Assembly: GCA_050015275.1 (NCBI GenBank)
Contig: JBEKBS010000013.1
Location: 4,589 to 68,588, forward strand
Origin: Candidatus Aminicenantales bacterium
GTDB lineage: Bacteria > Acidobacteriota > Aminicenantia > Aminicenantales > Saccharicenantaceae
Direction: 5' to 3'
DNA: 64,000 nucleotides
The position numbers were made by a program, and so were the translations under genes. Of this stretch, positions 28,363-38,484 are shown in pieces. Under the pieces are notes generated by a model, which was not told the origin of the DNA, did no database searches, and was given only the letters and a program-made list of their open reading frames with translations. Numbering within the stretch: position 1 is the stretch's first letter; each line of letters begins with the position of its first letter.

Positions 28363-29192
28363 CGGGAATGCTCGAAGATGAGATGGATGCCGAGGAATTG
28401 GCCGTCGTATTCGGCCGGAAGCGGGGCGAACGGGGAGGCCGTCTGGATCGCCCGCATGGCCGAGAGGTCGAAGGCGGGGACCCCGCTCGAGACCTCGACC
28501 TTCAGATCCGAGACCTGGCCGTTCCTGTAAATCTTGAAATAGACTTGGGTCTGGAACTGGCCGCTGACGCCGGGGTCGACGAGAGAGGTGAACCAGCTCG
28601 AGGAGATCTTGTCGGACACGAACTGCAGGTAATAGGTGAACGGAAACCCGGAGACACCGAAAGGTTCGCCGGACCCGCCGCCGGTGCCGCCGCCGGTGCC
28701 GCCGCCCGTCCCCCCGGCCCCCGTCCCGAACCGCAGACCGTAGCCGGGGCCCTGCCCGCCGCCCCGGCCGGTTGTCGCGGCCGCGGGCGGGCTTGCGGCT
28801 CCCGCCGCGGCGGACGTCGACGGCTCCGGCTTGGTGATGGCGGCCTTTTTCTCCGGAGCTTTCTTGATTGTCTTGGGCTTGTCGACGGGGTGACGCATCC
28901 CGGCCTTGTCGTCGGCCTTGACATTCCCGGGAACGGTCAGGTCGCTGAGCGATTGTTTCGTTTTCGGAGGGGGCAGAGGCTGAACGAGGGGTTCTCCGCC
29001 GCCGGGCCCGCCGCCCGTCCCTCCGCCGCCGACGGAGCCCATGAAGCTCACGTACTGAACGAGGCCTTTCTGGGGCGGCTTCGAGAGGGATGGGGAGGCC
29101 ACGATGAAGGCGATGAGCCCGCCGTGAAGGAGGCCCGAGAAGAGCAAGGCCCTCCGGAAAGCTTTGGGCGTGCCCCGGCTTGCCGCGGTCAT
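28359..29192 (-). CDS. TolA/TonB-family energy transducer
   Basis: TM with S-x3-H (SGLLHG), Gly/Pro-rich linker, C-terminal '[15 protein letters not shown]...PFAPLP'. Confidence 0.85.
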   Translation of the reverse strand: MTAASRGTPKAFRRALLFSGLLHGGLIAFIVASPSLSKPPQKGLVQYVSFMGSVGGGGTGGGPGGGEPLVQPLPPPKTKQSLSDLTVPGNVKADDKAGMRHPVDKPKTIKKAPEKKAAITKPEPSTSAAAGAASPPAAATTGRGGGQGPGYGLRFGTGAGGTGGGTGGGTGGGSGEPFGVSGFPFTYYLQFVSDKISSSWFTSLVDPGVSGQFQTQVYFKIYRNGQVSDLKVEVSSGVPAFDLSAMRAIQTASPFAPLPAEYDGQFLGIHLIFEHSR

Positions 29193-29641
29193 TTCTTTTT
29201 GTCTTTGACGTCGATGGGCTCGGTGATGATCCCGATCACCTCGACGCCGGCCTTCTTGGTGATGTCCATGATGCGGACGATGACTTTGTAGGGGAGATCC
29301 TCGTCGGCCTGGAGATAGACGACCTTTTTCGGCTTGTTGAAGAAATATTCGGTCAGGCGGCGTTCCAGCAGGTTGATATTGTAGGTGTTCTCGCCGATGT
29401 GGATGTACTGGTCTTTGGTGACGGTCAGCGTCAGCCCCTCTTCGGCCGGCTTGGAATCCGTTTCGGCCTGGGGCAGGTTGATGCCGATCCCGGACTGCAT
29501 CATGGGCGCCGTGACCATGAAGATGACGAGGAGGACAAGCATGACGTCGACAAACGGAGTGATGTTGATCTCCGACATGGACGTGCCGACCTGCCTCCGG
29601 CCCCGCGAGGCGGACGGCATCCCCTGGGTGCTAAGAGCCAT
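29189..29641 (-). CDS. tolR: TolR/ExbD
   Basis: [22 protein letters not shown]. Confidence 0.9.
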   Translation of the reverse strand: MALSTQGMPSASRGRRQVGTSMSEINITPFVDVMLVLLVIFMVTAPMMQSGIGINLPQAETDSKPAEEGLTLTVTKDQYIHIGENTYNINLLERRLTEYFFNKPKKVVYLQADEDLPYKVIVRIMDITKKAGVEVIGIITEPIDVKDKKK

Positions 29642-30299
29642 GGAGCCTCTCGGCGATGCTCAGGAATTCCAGGGAAAAATCTTCCATGTCGGCGATAAGG
29701 TCCTTGATGCGGCCCAGGAAATAGTTGTAGGCGATGACGGCCGGGACCGCGGCGAAGAGGCCGACGGCCGTGGCGATCAGGGCTTCGGCGATCCCGGGCG
29801 CGACGACCTGAAGGCTGGCCGAACGGAGCGTCCCGATGCGCTCGAAGGAGATCATGATCCCCCAGACCGTGCCGAAGAGCCCGATGAAGGGGGAGACGCT
29901 CCCGGTCGTGGCCAGGAAGAACATCATCTTCTCGAGTCGCGAGACCTCGGAGTTCGAGGCCTTGAGAAGGGCCCGGTTGAGGCTGTCTGTCTGCTCGCCG
30001 GTCCAGCCGTCGCCGGCCGACGACTTGCTCTGGTAGGCGAGCTCCTTGTAACCGGCCTGGAAGATGGCCGCGAGGGGGCTGGCCTTGTACTTCCGGGACG
30101 CCTCGTTGACGTCGCTCAAGCTCTTGCTTTTCCGGAACGAATCCAGGAACTTATCAGACTGCTTGAAAGCGGACCGGATCGTCCGGCGCTTGAAAATGAT
30201 GATGGCCCAGGAGAAGACGGAGAAAAAGACGAGGAGAAGGAGGATCAGGATGACGACGATGTCGGCGTCGGAGATGATTTTGAAGATGTTGATATTCAT
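29631..30299 (-). CDS. tolQ: TolQ/ExbB
   Basis: PFIGLFGTVWGIM, APGIAEALIATAVGLFAAVPAV; start ATG 30299; upstream TTGACA (30336-30341)-N17-TAATTT. Confidence 0.92.
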   Translation of the reverse strand: MNINIFKIISDADIVVILILLLLVFFSVFSWAIIIFKRRTIRSAFKQSDKFLDSFRKSKSLSDVNEASRKYKASPLAAIFQAGYKELAYQSKSSAGDGWTGEQTDSLNRALLKASNSEVSRLEKMMFFLATTGSVSPFIGLFGTVWGIMISFERIGTLRSASLQVVAPGIAEALIATAVGLFAAVPAVIAYNYFLGRIKDLIADMEDFSLEFLSIAERLHGS

Positions 30300-30385
30300 G
30301 ATAATCCATCCAAAATTAGCACACCGGGGATTCGCTGTCAAACGGACGGGCCGGATCCTGCGACGCCCTCGTGGCCTCCGGCTCC

Positions 30386-32779
30386 TCAGTGGACGCGTTC
30401 GGGCGCATCTCCGGCGGGCGCGACGCCGAGGAGGCGGACGAGGATCTCGCGGGCGACCCTTTTCGCGTCCCGGCCGCTTTCGTTGGTCGCGCCGACGCAC
30501 GACGGGCAGCCGTCCCGGCACGGGCAGACGTCGAGGGTCTTCAGCGCGTGCTCGAGGAGGCGGTCCTCGAGGGCGAAGAGCGACGGGCTGAGGCCGATCC
30601 CTCCGGGGTAATTATCGTAAATGAAGATGTTCGGCTCGAAATCCGGGCCGGGGAGCGCCGTCATCTCCCCCTGGGCCTGGGTCCGGACCGGGACGTTCCG
30701 GGGCGGCAGGGTGTCGCCCGTCGAGTTGTCTCCGATCGACACGCCGACGTCGTGGATGTCGCACATCATGAAGAGCGGCGACACGTGGTGGATGAGGTAG
30801 GAGAGGCCGAAGAGGCCGTTGATCCTCTGCTCGGACGGGAACGGGATCGCCTGGAGGAGGGAGGAGGGGATGGTCAGCCACCAGGCGGTCGTATGCATCT
30901 CGTTCTCGGGCAGGCTGAGGTCGCCCGCGCCGACATTCTCCATGGTGTGGAACTTGATCTTCTTGAAGCCGACGACCTGGGTCGCCACGTGGACCTCGCC
31001 GTGGGAGACGCGGCATTCGCCGAGCGATTTCTTTTCGAAGACGTCGAGGACCTTGATCTTCGTGTAGTCGATGGCGTCGGTATAGTAATCGATGTCGGTC
31101 TTCTTGACGTAGGCCTTCCGCTCTTCGAAGTCCAGCTTCTCGACGAAGTACTGTTCGCCCTCGCAGATGTAGATGGCCTTGGGGTGGAGGGCGGTCAGGG
31201 CCGAGGTGAAATCGACCTCGGCGATGACCCGGGTCTTCTCTGTCGTGTCGACGACGACGAAATTGTCGGAGCTCACGCTCCGCAGGTTGACCGCGTCGGC
31301 CGGGTAGGCGTCCGAGGTGTAGAACCACTTGTCCTGGGAATGGTGGAGGAGCTTGTCCTCCTCGAGGAACCGGAGGATGCCCGAGACGTCGGCCCGGCCG
31401 AATCTCTCGCCGTCCTCGAACGGGAGCTCGAAGGCGGCGCACTCGACGTGGCTGACGAGGATCGAGAGATTGTCCGGGTTGATGAGGGCCATCTCGGGGG
31501 ACTTGGAGAAAAAGTAGTCCGGGTTGTGGATGATGAACTGGTCGAGCGGCGAACTCGTCGCGACCAGGACCGCGGCGGAGGCCCCGGTCTTCCGCCCGGC
31601 CCGCCCGGCCCTCTGCCAGGTGCTGGCGATCGTCCCGGGATAGCCCGCGAGCACGGCCACGTCCAGGGTCCCGATGTCGATCCCGAGCTCGAGGGCGTTG
31701 GTCGAGACGACGCCGAGGATCTCGCCGCTCCGGATGCCCTTCTCGATCTCGCGCCGCACGAGCGGAAGGTAGCCGCCCCGGTAACCCCGGATGAGGCCCT
31801 CCTTCTGGAGGCTCGTCTCGATGTCGGCCTTGAGATAGGTCAGGAGGACCTCGGTGATCAGCCGGCTCCCAGCGAAGACGATGGTCTGCAGTCCGTTCTT
31901 GAGGAAGATCGAGGCGATCCGCCGGGACTCGTTGACGTAGGAGCGGCGGATGCCCAAGGCCGCGTTGACGACGGGCGGCGTGTAGAAGATAAAGTATTTT
32001 TCGCCGCGGGGAGCGCCGTTGTCGTCGATCAGGGTGACCGGGGCCTCGATCATCTTCTCGGCCATCTCGGCCGGGTTGGCGATCGTGGCCGTCGAGAGGA
32101 TGAACTGGGGGTCGGAGCCGTAGAAGCGGGCGATCCGGCGGAGGCGCCGCAGGACGTTGGCCAGGTGGCTGCCGAAGATGCCGCGGTAGCTGTGGAGCTC
32201 GTCGATGACGACGTACTTGAGGTTCTCGAAGAGCTTGATCCATTTCGTGTGGTGGGGGAGGATTCCGGAGTGGAGCATGTCCGGGTTGGTGAGGACGATG
32301 TGGCCGCGGGCCCGGATGGCCTTGCGGGCGTCCTGGGGCGTGTCGCCGTCGTAGGTGAAGACCCGGATCTCTTCGGGCAGCCGGGCGTTGACGTCGTCGA
32401 GCTCGGCCCGCTGGTCGTTCGAGAGGGCCTTGGTCGGGAAGAGGTAGAGGGCGCGCGTCGAGGGCTCCTTGAGGATGGCGTCGAGGACGGGCAGGTTGTA
32501 GCAGAGCGTCTTGCCCGAGGCCGTGGGCGTCACGACGACGACGTTCTTCTTCTGCTGCAGGGCGTCCCAGCAGGAGCGCTGGTGGGAATAGAGCCGGTGG
32601 AACCCTTTCTGGCCCAGGGCCTCGCGCAGGGCCGGATGGACGCCGTCGGGATACTCGCGGTACTTCCCTTCCTGGGCGGCGAGGTGCTTGATGGAGCAGA
32701 TGGAATCGGTCCTGTAGCCGATCTCCTTGAGGAGCTCGATCGAGCGGAGGATCTTCTCTTCGTTCGTCATGGGCCTCAT
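30386..32779 (-). CDS. DEAD/DEAH-box helicase with C-terminal DUF1998 (MrfA/SftH/Hrq1-like)
   Basis: TPTASGKT, PTKAL, TNPDMLH, IDELHSYRG, QRAGRAGR; C-terminal C...YDNYPGGIG...CPCRDGCPSC. Confidence 0.9.
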   Translation of the reverse strand: MRPMTNEEKILRSIELLKEIGYRTDSICSIKHLAAQEGKYREYPDGVHPALREALGQKGFHRLYSHQRSCWDALQQKKNVVVVTPTASGKTLCYNLPVLDAILKEPSTRALYLFPTKALSNDQRAELDDVNARLPEEIRVFTYDGDTPQDARKAIRARGHIVLTNPDMLHSGILPHHTKWIKLFENLKYVVIDELHSYRGIFGSHLANVLRRLRRIARFYGSDPQFILSTATIANPAEMAEKMIEAPVTLIDDNGAPRGEKYFIFYTPPVVNAALGIRRSYVNESRRIASIFLKNGLQTIVFAGSRLITEVLLTYLKADIETSLQKEGLIRGYRGGYLPLVRREIEKGIRSGEILGVVSTNALELGIDIGTLDVAVLAGYPGTIASTWQRAGRAGRKTGASAAVLVATSSPLDQFIIHNPDYFFSKSPEMALINPDNLSILVSHVECAAFELPFEDGERFGRADVSGILRFLEEDKLLHHSQDKWFYTSDAYPADAVNLRSVSSDNFVVVDTTEKTRVIAEVDFTSALTALHPKAIYICEGEQYFVEKLDFEERKAYVKKTDIDYYTDAIDYTKIKVLDVFEKKSLGECRVSHGEVHVATQVVGFKKIKFHTMENVGAGDLSLPENEMHTTAWWLTIPSSLLQAIPFPSEQRINGLFGLSYLIHHVSPLFMMCDIHDVGVSIGDNSTGDTLPPRNVPVRTQAQGEMTALPGPDFEPNIFIYDNYPGGIGLSPSLFALEDRLLEHALKTLDVCPCRDGCPSCVGATNESGRDAKRVAREILVRLLGVAPAGDAPERVH

Positions 32780-32869
32780 TTCATGCTAACGGAATCGGGG
32801 CCGATGGTCAACATGAATGGGGGGAAAAAACGTCCTCCTGGCCCCGTCTTGTGATAAAATAGATAGGTT

Positions 32870-35395
32870 ATGCTGAACGAAATTCGCATCAAGAGGGCGG
32901 CCCAGCACAACTTGAAGCATATCGACGTGAGCCTGCCCCGGAACCGGCTTATCGTCGTCACCGGGCCGTCGGGCTCGGGCAAGTCGTCGCTCGCCTTCGA
33001 CACGCTCTTCGCCGAGGGGCAGCGCCGGTACATCGAGTGCCTTTCGGCCTACGCCCGGCAATTTATCGACCAGATGGAAAAGCCCGAGGTCGAGTCCGTG
33101 GAGGGGATCTCGCCGTCCATCTCCATCGACCAGAAGACGATCTCGACCAATCCCCGCTCGACCGTCGGGACCATCACCGAGGTTTCCGACCTCTTCCGGC
33201 TTCTCTTCGCCCGCGTCGGGACGCCCCACTGCCCGAGCTGCGGGCGGGCCGTCAGCTCCCAGACCGCTGAGGAGATCCTGAAGAAGATCGCGGAGCTTTT
33301 CCGCGGCGAAAAGGTCCGCATCCTGGCGCCCATGATCAAGGGGCGCAAGGGCGAATATACGCGGCTTTTCGAGCGTCTGAGGAAGAAGGGCTTTCTCCGG
33401 GCCCGGGTCAACGGGCAGCTCCGCGACCTCGAGGACGAGATCCTCCTCGAAAAGACCCGGAAGCACACGATCGAAGTGCTGGTGGATACGGTCAAGGTCG
33501 GGCCCGACTCGGAGCACAGGCTCCAGGAAGCCGTGGCCAAGGCCCTCGAGGTCTCGGACGGCGAGATCCTGGCCGTCGACGACGCCGGCCGGGAAAGGTT
33601 CTTCTCCCTCAGCCTCCTCTGCCCTTATTGCGAGGTCAGCCTGCCCGAGCTCGAGCCGCGGAATTTTTCCTTCAACAGTCCCTACGGGGCCTGCGCCGCC
33701 TGCCACGGCCTGGGCTACGAGACGCGCCTGGACGAGTGGGGCGAGATCGAGCTCACCGACGACGTCTGCCCGCAGTGCGGCGGGGCGCGCCTCAAGAAAG
33801 AGAGCCTCTCGGTCAAGGTCGACCACAAGAACATCCACGAGATCGGCGAGCTCCCGATCCAGGACCTCCTCCACGAGGTCAAGACGTTCGAGTTCCCTCC
33901 CGCCGACCGGCCCGTCGCCTCCAAGATCCTGAAGGAGATCGAGGCCCGCCTGGCCATCATGGAAGACCTGGGGATGTCCTACCTCCAGCTGAACCGGACG
34001 ACATCCTCGCTCTCCGGCGGCGAGGCCCAGAGGATCCGGCTGGCGGCCCAGGTTGGGGCCCGTCTCCGCGGCGTGCTCTACGTCCTCGACGAGCCCACCA
34101 TCGGGCTCCACCAGCGCGACAACGGCCGGCTCATCACCCTCCTCCGGAGCCTCCGCGACGACGGGAACTCCATCGTCGTCGTCGAGCACGACGAGCAGAC
34201 CATCCGGGCCGCCGACTTCATCCTGGACCTGGGGCCCGGCGCGGGCGAGGCCGGGGGATTCAAGGTCGCCGAAGGCCCGCTCGCGACGATCCTGGGTTCG
34301 CCCGATTCGCTGACGGCCCAGTATCTCCGGGGCGAGAAGAAGGTTCCGGTCCCGGCTGCCCGGCGCTCGCCTTCGGGATGGCTGACCGTCCGCCGGGCCA
34401 GCGAGCACAATCTGAAAGGGATCGACGTCGGCCTGCCGCTGTCGGTCATGACGGCCGTGACCGGGGTCTCCGGCTCCGGCAAGAGCACGCTCGTCTACGA
34501 CATCCTGTACAAGGGCCTGACCAACAAGATCTACAAGGCCCGCCACCGCGTCGGCAGCCACGAGGCCATGGAGGGGGTCGAGCAGATCGACAAGGTCATC
34601 GCCGTCGACCAGAAGCCCATCGGCCGGACGCCGCGCTCCAACCCGGCCACTTACACCGGCCTCTTCACGGCCCTCCGGGAGCTCTTCGCCCGGACCCCCG
34701 AGGCCCGGATGAGGGGCTATTCCGCCGGCCGCTTCAGCTTCAACGTCCCGGGGGGCCGGTGCGAGGAATGCGAGGGGGCGGGCGTCAAGAAGATCGAGAT
34801 GCATTTCCTCCCCGACGTCTTCGTCACCTGCGACCGGTGCGAGGGGAAGCGGTACAACAAGGAAACCCTGGCCGTCATGTACAAAGGCAGGAACATCGCC
34901 GACGTCCTGGCCATGACCGTCGACGACGCCTACGAGCTCCTTAAAGCCCATCCCCAGCTCAAGAGGAAACTGGGCACCCTGAAAAGGGTGGGGCTCGGGT
35001 ACATCCGGCTGGGCCAGCAGGCGCCGACGCTTTCGGGCGGCGAGGCCCAGAGGATCAAGCTGACCAAGGAGCTCGGCCGCCGGACGACCGGCCGGACGCT
35101 CTACCTCCTGGACGAACCGACGACGGGCCTCCATTTCGACGATGTCCGCAAGCTCCTCGAGGTCCTCTCGGAGCTCGTCGGCCTCGGCAACACGGTCATC
35201 ATCATCGAGCACAACCTTGAAGTCATCAAGTATTGCGACTATATTATTGACCTGGGCCCGGAGGGAGGCGAGGAGGGGGGCCGCATCGTCGCCCAGGGGA
35301 CGCCGGAGAAGGTCGCGGGGACGGCCCGTTCGTACACGGGGCAGTACCTGGAGAAAGCCCTGCGCGACGGCCGGCCCGGAAGAAAGGACGGCTGA
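32870..35395 (+). CDS. uvrA: Excinuclease ABC subunit A (short, lacking insertion domain)
   Basis: Two ABC cassettes (GPSGSGKSSLAFDT, LSGGEAQRI twice, GVSGSGKST), zinc modules, UvrB-binding region present; 841 aa. Confidence 0.93.
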   Translation: MLNEIRIKRAAQHNLKHIDVSLPRNRLIVVTGPSGSGKSSLAFDTLFAEGQRRYIECLSAYARQFIDQMEKPEVESVEGISPSISIDQKTISTNPRSTVGTITEVSDLFRLLFARVGTPHCPSCGRAVSSQTAEEILKKIAELFRGEKVRILAPMIKGRKGEYTRLFERLRKKGFLRARVNGQLRDLEDEILLEKTRKHTIEVLVDTVKVGPDSEHRLQEAVAKALEVSDGEILAVDDAGRERFFSLSLLCPYCEVSLPELEPRNFSFNSPYGACAACHGLGYETRLDEWGEIELTDDVCPQCGGARLKKESLSVKVDHKNIHEIGELPIQDLLHEVKTFEFPPADRPVASKILKEIEARLAIMEDLGMSYLQLNRTTSSLSGGEAQRIRLAAQVGARLRGVLYVLDEPTIGLHQRDNGRLITLLRSLRDDGNSIVVVEHDEQTIRAADFILDLGPGAGEAGGFKVAEGPLATILGSPDSLTAQYLRGEKKVPVPAARRSPSGWLTVRRASEHNLKGIDVGLPLSVMTAVTGVSGSGKSTLVYDILYKGLTNKIYKARHRVGSHEAMEGVEQIDKVIAVDQKPIGRTPRSNPATYTGLFTALRELFARTPEARMRGYSAGRFSFNVPGGRCEECEGAGVKKIEMHFLPDVFVTCDRCEGKRYNKETLAVMYKGRNIADVLAMTVDDAYELLKAHPQLKRKLGTLKRVGLGYIRLGQQAPTLSGGEAQRIKLTKELGRRTTGRTLYLLDEPTTGLHFDDVRKLLEVLSELVGLGNTVIIIEHNLEVIKYCDYIIDLGPEGGEEGGRIVAQGTPEKVAGTARSYTGQYLEKALRDGRPGRKDG

Positions 35396-35401
35396 GGGAC
35401 C

Positions 35402-36391
35402 ATGGCCTTCAAGGATATCGCGGGCAACAACCGGGTCAAGAAGATCCTGAAGCTCGCCCTGGAGCGGGACCGGGTCCCGAACTCGCTCCTTTTCTGCGGC
35501 CCCGAGGGCATCGGCAAGAGGCCGATGGCCCTCGCCCTGGCCAAGGCCCTGAACTGCGCGGCGGCCCCCGGCGATTCGTGCGGCCGGTGTCCCGCGTGCC
35601 TGGCGATCGACGAAGGCCGATTCCCCGACGTCATGGAGTTTTCAGGGGAAGCCAAGGACATTTCGATCGAGCAGATCCGGTTCATCAAGCAGATGGCCTA
35701 CCTGAAGCCGATGATGGGAAGGAAGAGGGTTTTCATCCTGGACGACGCGGACAAGATGAGCCCGGACGCCTCCAACTCGCTCCTGAAGGTCCTCGAGGAG
35801 CCGCCGCTCTTTTCCCACTTCGTCCTCGTCACGGCGAGCCCGTTCCTGATCCTCCCCACGATCCTCTCCAGGTGCCAGACCCTGGCCTTTTCAGCCGTCA
35901 GCAAGGAGGAGATCGAGGAGATCCTGGTCGACCGGGACCTTCCGAAAGAACAGGCCCGCGTCCTGTCCCTCCTCGTGGACGGGAATCTCGAGAGGGCCCT
36001 GGAGCTCGAGTGGGACGAAGTCCAGGGGCTCAAAGACGAGGCCTGGAAGCTCTTCGAGATGATGCTCTCCGGCCGGAACGCCTCCCGCTTCCTGGAGCGC
36101 TTCGGCTCCCTGGGCAAGTCCGCCCAGGAGGACTTCGGGCAGACCCTCGAGATCTTCTCGTCCTTCACCCGGGACATGCTCCTCCTCGAGCTCGGCGGGG
36201 ACCCCCGGTTCCTGCTGAACCCTGATTACGAATCCGGGCTCCGGGAGGCCGCGGCGAAGCTGCCCGCGCGCCGGGCCCTGGCCCTCCTCGCGGACCTTGA
36301 TTTCGTCCTGACGGAGCTCGAGAAGAACCTCAACAAGAACCTCCTGGCGGCGACGTTTTTTTCGAACTTTGGAGAACTGACCCATGCCTGA
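35402..36391 (+). CDS. holB: DNA polymerase III delta' subunit
   Basis: GPEGIGK, CGRCPAC zinc motif, NSLLKVLEEPP, LPTILSRC. Confidence 0.9.
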   Translation: MAFKDIAGNNRVKKILKLALERDRVPNSLLFCGPEGIGKRPMALALAKALNCAAAPGDSCGRCPACLAIDEGRFPDVMEFSGEAKDISIEQIRFIKQMAYLKPMMGRKRVFILDDADKMSPDASNSLLKVLEEPPLFSHFVLVTASPFLILPTILSRCQTLAFSAVSKEEIEEILVDRDLPKEQARVLSLLVDGNLERALELEWDEVQGLKDEAWKLFEMMLSGRNASRFLERFGSLGKSAQEDFGQTLEIFSSFTRDMLLLELGGDPRFLLNPDYESGLREAAAKLPARRALALLADLDFVLTELEKNLNKNLLAATFFSNFGELTHA

Positions 36392-37067
36392 CATCATCTG
36401 CGTGCAGAGCGAAACATCGGGCCGGCTCCTCCGGGCCAAGACCGGCGGGGAGCCCTTCCGCAACGGCGACCGGTGCATCATCGAGTCCGAGCTCGGCGGC
36501 GACCTGGCCGTCGTCGTCGATGATGCGAGCCTCATGTGCAAGAACCCGAAGGCGGCCCACACGGCCGTCGAGATCATCCGCCGGGCCTCCGACGAGGACG
36601 TCCGGAAATTCGAGTGGCTGAGGGAGAAGGAGCAGCGGGCTTTCGATTTCTGCCTCCAGAGGATCGCGTCCAGGGACCTGCCGATGAAGCTTGTCTCGGT
36701 CCGCTATTTCTTCAGCGAGAAGAAGGGGATCTTCTATTACACGGCCGACGGGAGGATCGATTTCCGGCAACTGGTCAAAGACCTGGCCAAGGAGCTCCGG
36801 ATGAGGATCGAGATGCGCCAGGTCGGGGTCCGCGACGAGGCCAAGATGATCGGTGGCCTCGGCGTCTGCGGCCGGTGCCTCTGCTGTTCGAGCTTCATGC
36901 GGACGTTCGAGCCGGTGACGATCCAGAAGGCCCGCAAGCAGCAGATCGTCATCAACCCCACCAAGATCTCGGGCCTCTGCGGACGGCTGATGTGCTGCCT
37001 GGGTTTCGAAGAGCAGAGCCGCGGCCGGCTGTACTCCGAAGGGAACGACAACCCGATCGAGGATTGA
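36384..37067 (+). CDS. PSP1-domain / RicT (YaaT) Fe-S regulatory protein
   Basis: ADGRIDFRQLVKDLA, RIEMRQVGVRDEAK, CGRCLCC, GLCGRLMCCL; follows holB as is typical. Confidence 0.9.
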   Translation: MPDIICVQSETSGRLLRAKTGGEPFRNGDRCIIESELGGDLAVVVDDASLMCKNPKAAHTAVEIIRRASDEDVRKFEWLREKEQRAFDFCLQRIASRDLPMKLVSVRYFFSEKKGIFYYTADGRIDFRQLVKDLAKELRMRIEMRQVGVRDEAKMIGGLGVCGRCLCCSSFMRTFEPVTIQKARKQQIVINPTKISGLCGRLMCCLGFEEQSRGRLYSEGNDNPIED

Positions 37068-37109
37068 CGCCGGAGCGGTTTTGGGGAGAACCGGCCGGGA
37101 GCGACGGAC

Positions 37110-37763
37110 TCAGGACTTGGGAACGATCCTGAAACGGATCCGCTTGGAAACGGCGGTCAGGGTGCCGTCGGCCTTGAAGGCCTGAACCTGCCAGGAATAC
37201 GTCACGCCGGCCTTCAGCCGGGCCTTGATGTCGTTGGTCAGCACCCACCGCGTGTCCTTGGTCGAGGTGGTCATGAGGGGGGACCTTCCGGACAGGGAGA
37301 CCTTGTACTCCAGATCGTCGCCGGCGCTTTTCCATTCGAGGAAAGCCGGGGCCTCCTGGACGTCGGCGACCGGCGAGACGGGAGTCACGGCGCCGCCGCG
37401 GACGGTCTCGTCCTCAGTGAGGACGAGCGGCGGGGGGATGGTCCCGGTCCGGGGGTGAAGGAGCCAGACGGCGATAAAGAGCGCTACGGCCGAAATGCCG
37501 GCCACGACCCACCGGCGGGGGGTGAGGAAGGCCCATGCCCTTCGGACCCATGAGGTCGCCCGCGCGTCCTCGGCGAGATCCGTGAGGGGGACGTTCAGGA
37601 CGCCCTCCTTCCTGAGGATCTGGATGATCTCGTCCCTCTCGGACATCTTGGAAAAGCACGAGCGGCAGATGAAATAGTGCTCTTCGAAATCGGTCTGTTC
37701 TTCGGGCTTCAGCTTGTCCAGGAGGTAACTGTCGATCAGGCCCTCATGGCGGCATTTGGTCAT
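37110..37763 (-). CDS. Zinc-binding (ZAS, zf-HC2) membrane anti-sigma factor
   Basis: C...HYFICRSC (H-x3-C-x2-C), one TM helix, beta-rich periplasmic domain; downstream of ECF sigma. Confidence 0.8.
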   Translation of the reverse strand: MTKCRHEGLIDSYLLDKLKPEEQTDFEEHYFICRSCFSKMSERDEIIQILRKEGVLNVPLTDLAEDARATSWVRRAWAFLTPRRWVVAGISAVALFIAVWLLHPRTGTIPPPLVLTEDETVRGGAVTPVSPVADVQEAPAFLEWKSAGDDLEYKVSLSGRSPLMTTSTKDTRWVLTNDIKARLKAGVTYSWQVQAFKADGTLTAVSKRIRFRIVPKS

Positions 37764-37825
37764 GTCCGGTCCCTTTTCGAATCTCGGTATTTTAGTCGTG
37801 AGGACGGGACGAAAAACGGAAAATT

Positions 37826-38326
37826 TCAGGGCCTGACGGTCTTCTTAATGAGCTTGATGGCATAGTTCACCCGTTCGCTGACTCGGCGGGGAGAGATGCC
37901 CAACTCCTGGGCCACTTCATCCCTCGAAAGTTCTTTATAATAATAAAGATAGAGGACATCCCGGAACTTGGGCTTGAGCTGTTCGACGGCTGTGGCGATC
38001 ATCCGGGCCCGCTCCCTGCCCTCGGCCTCGACATGGGGGTCGGGGAAGGGGGCCGGCTCCGGCGCGTGCCTCAGGACCTTGGTCTTCTGACGGATGTGAT
38101 CGATGATCCGCCGGCTGGTGATGGTGTAGAGGAACGTGCCGACTGAGCTGTCTCCGCGGAACGCTCCGGTCTTGACCTTTTCGATGGCCTGCATGAGGAT
38201 CTCATCGACGATATCTTCCCAATCCGGGGTCGAGCTGCCGAGGGCCTTCCGGACGCGGAAGGATATGACGGTCCGGTACCCCAGGATGGCTTCGTCGAGC
38301 GGAAGATCCTTTTTAGCGTTCTCCAC
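37826..38326 (-). CDS. ECF sigma factor
   Basis: Region 2 'EDIVDEIL...FRGDSSVGTFLYTITSRRIIDHIR'; region 4 'LYYYKELSRDEVAQELGIS'; likely GTG start 38326. Confidence 0.88.
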   Translation of the reverse strand: MENAKKDLPLDEAILGYRTVISFRVRKALGSSTPDWEDIVDEILMQAIEKVKTGAFRGDSSVGTFLYTITSRRIIDHIRQKTKVLRHAPEPAPFPDPHVEAEGRERARMIATAVEQLKPKFRDVLYLYYYKELSRDEVAQELGISPRRVSERVNYAIKLIKKTVRP

Positions 38327-38484
38327 GGTCCCTTTATTATAAAAAGGGCCCGGAAGGCTCCGCAACATCTCCCGGAGTCAATCTTTTATCACCCCTAACG
38401 ACTAACCAACTACGTTCCGGAGAGGAACCCCAAGCCCAGCCCCGGGCGCGAGCATCGCGAGCGGCCCCTCGGTCCACGGACCGC

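Noticed and set aside
28670-28730. Short GC-rich tandem repeats (ccgccggtg)
   Set aside because: They encode the GGGT linker of the TolA/TonB protein; not a CRISPR or mobile repeat.
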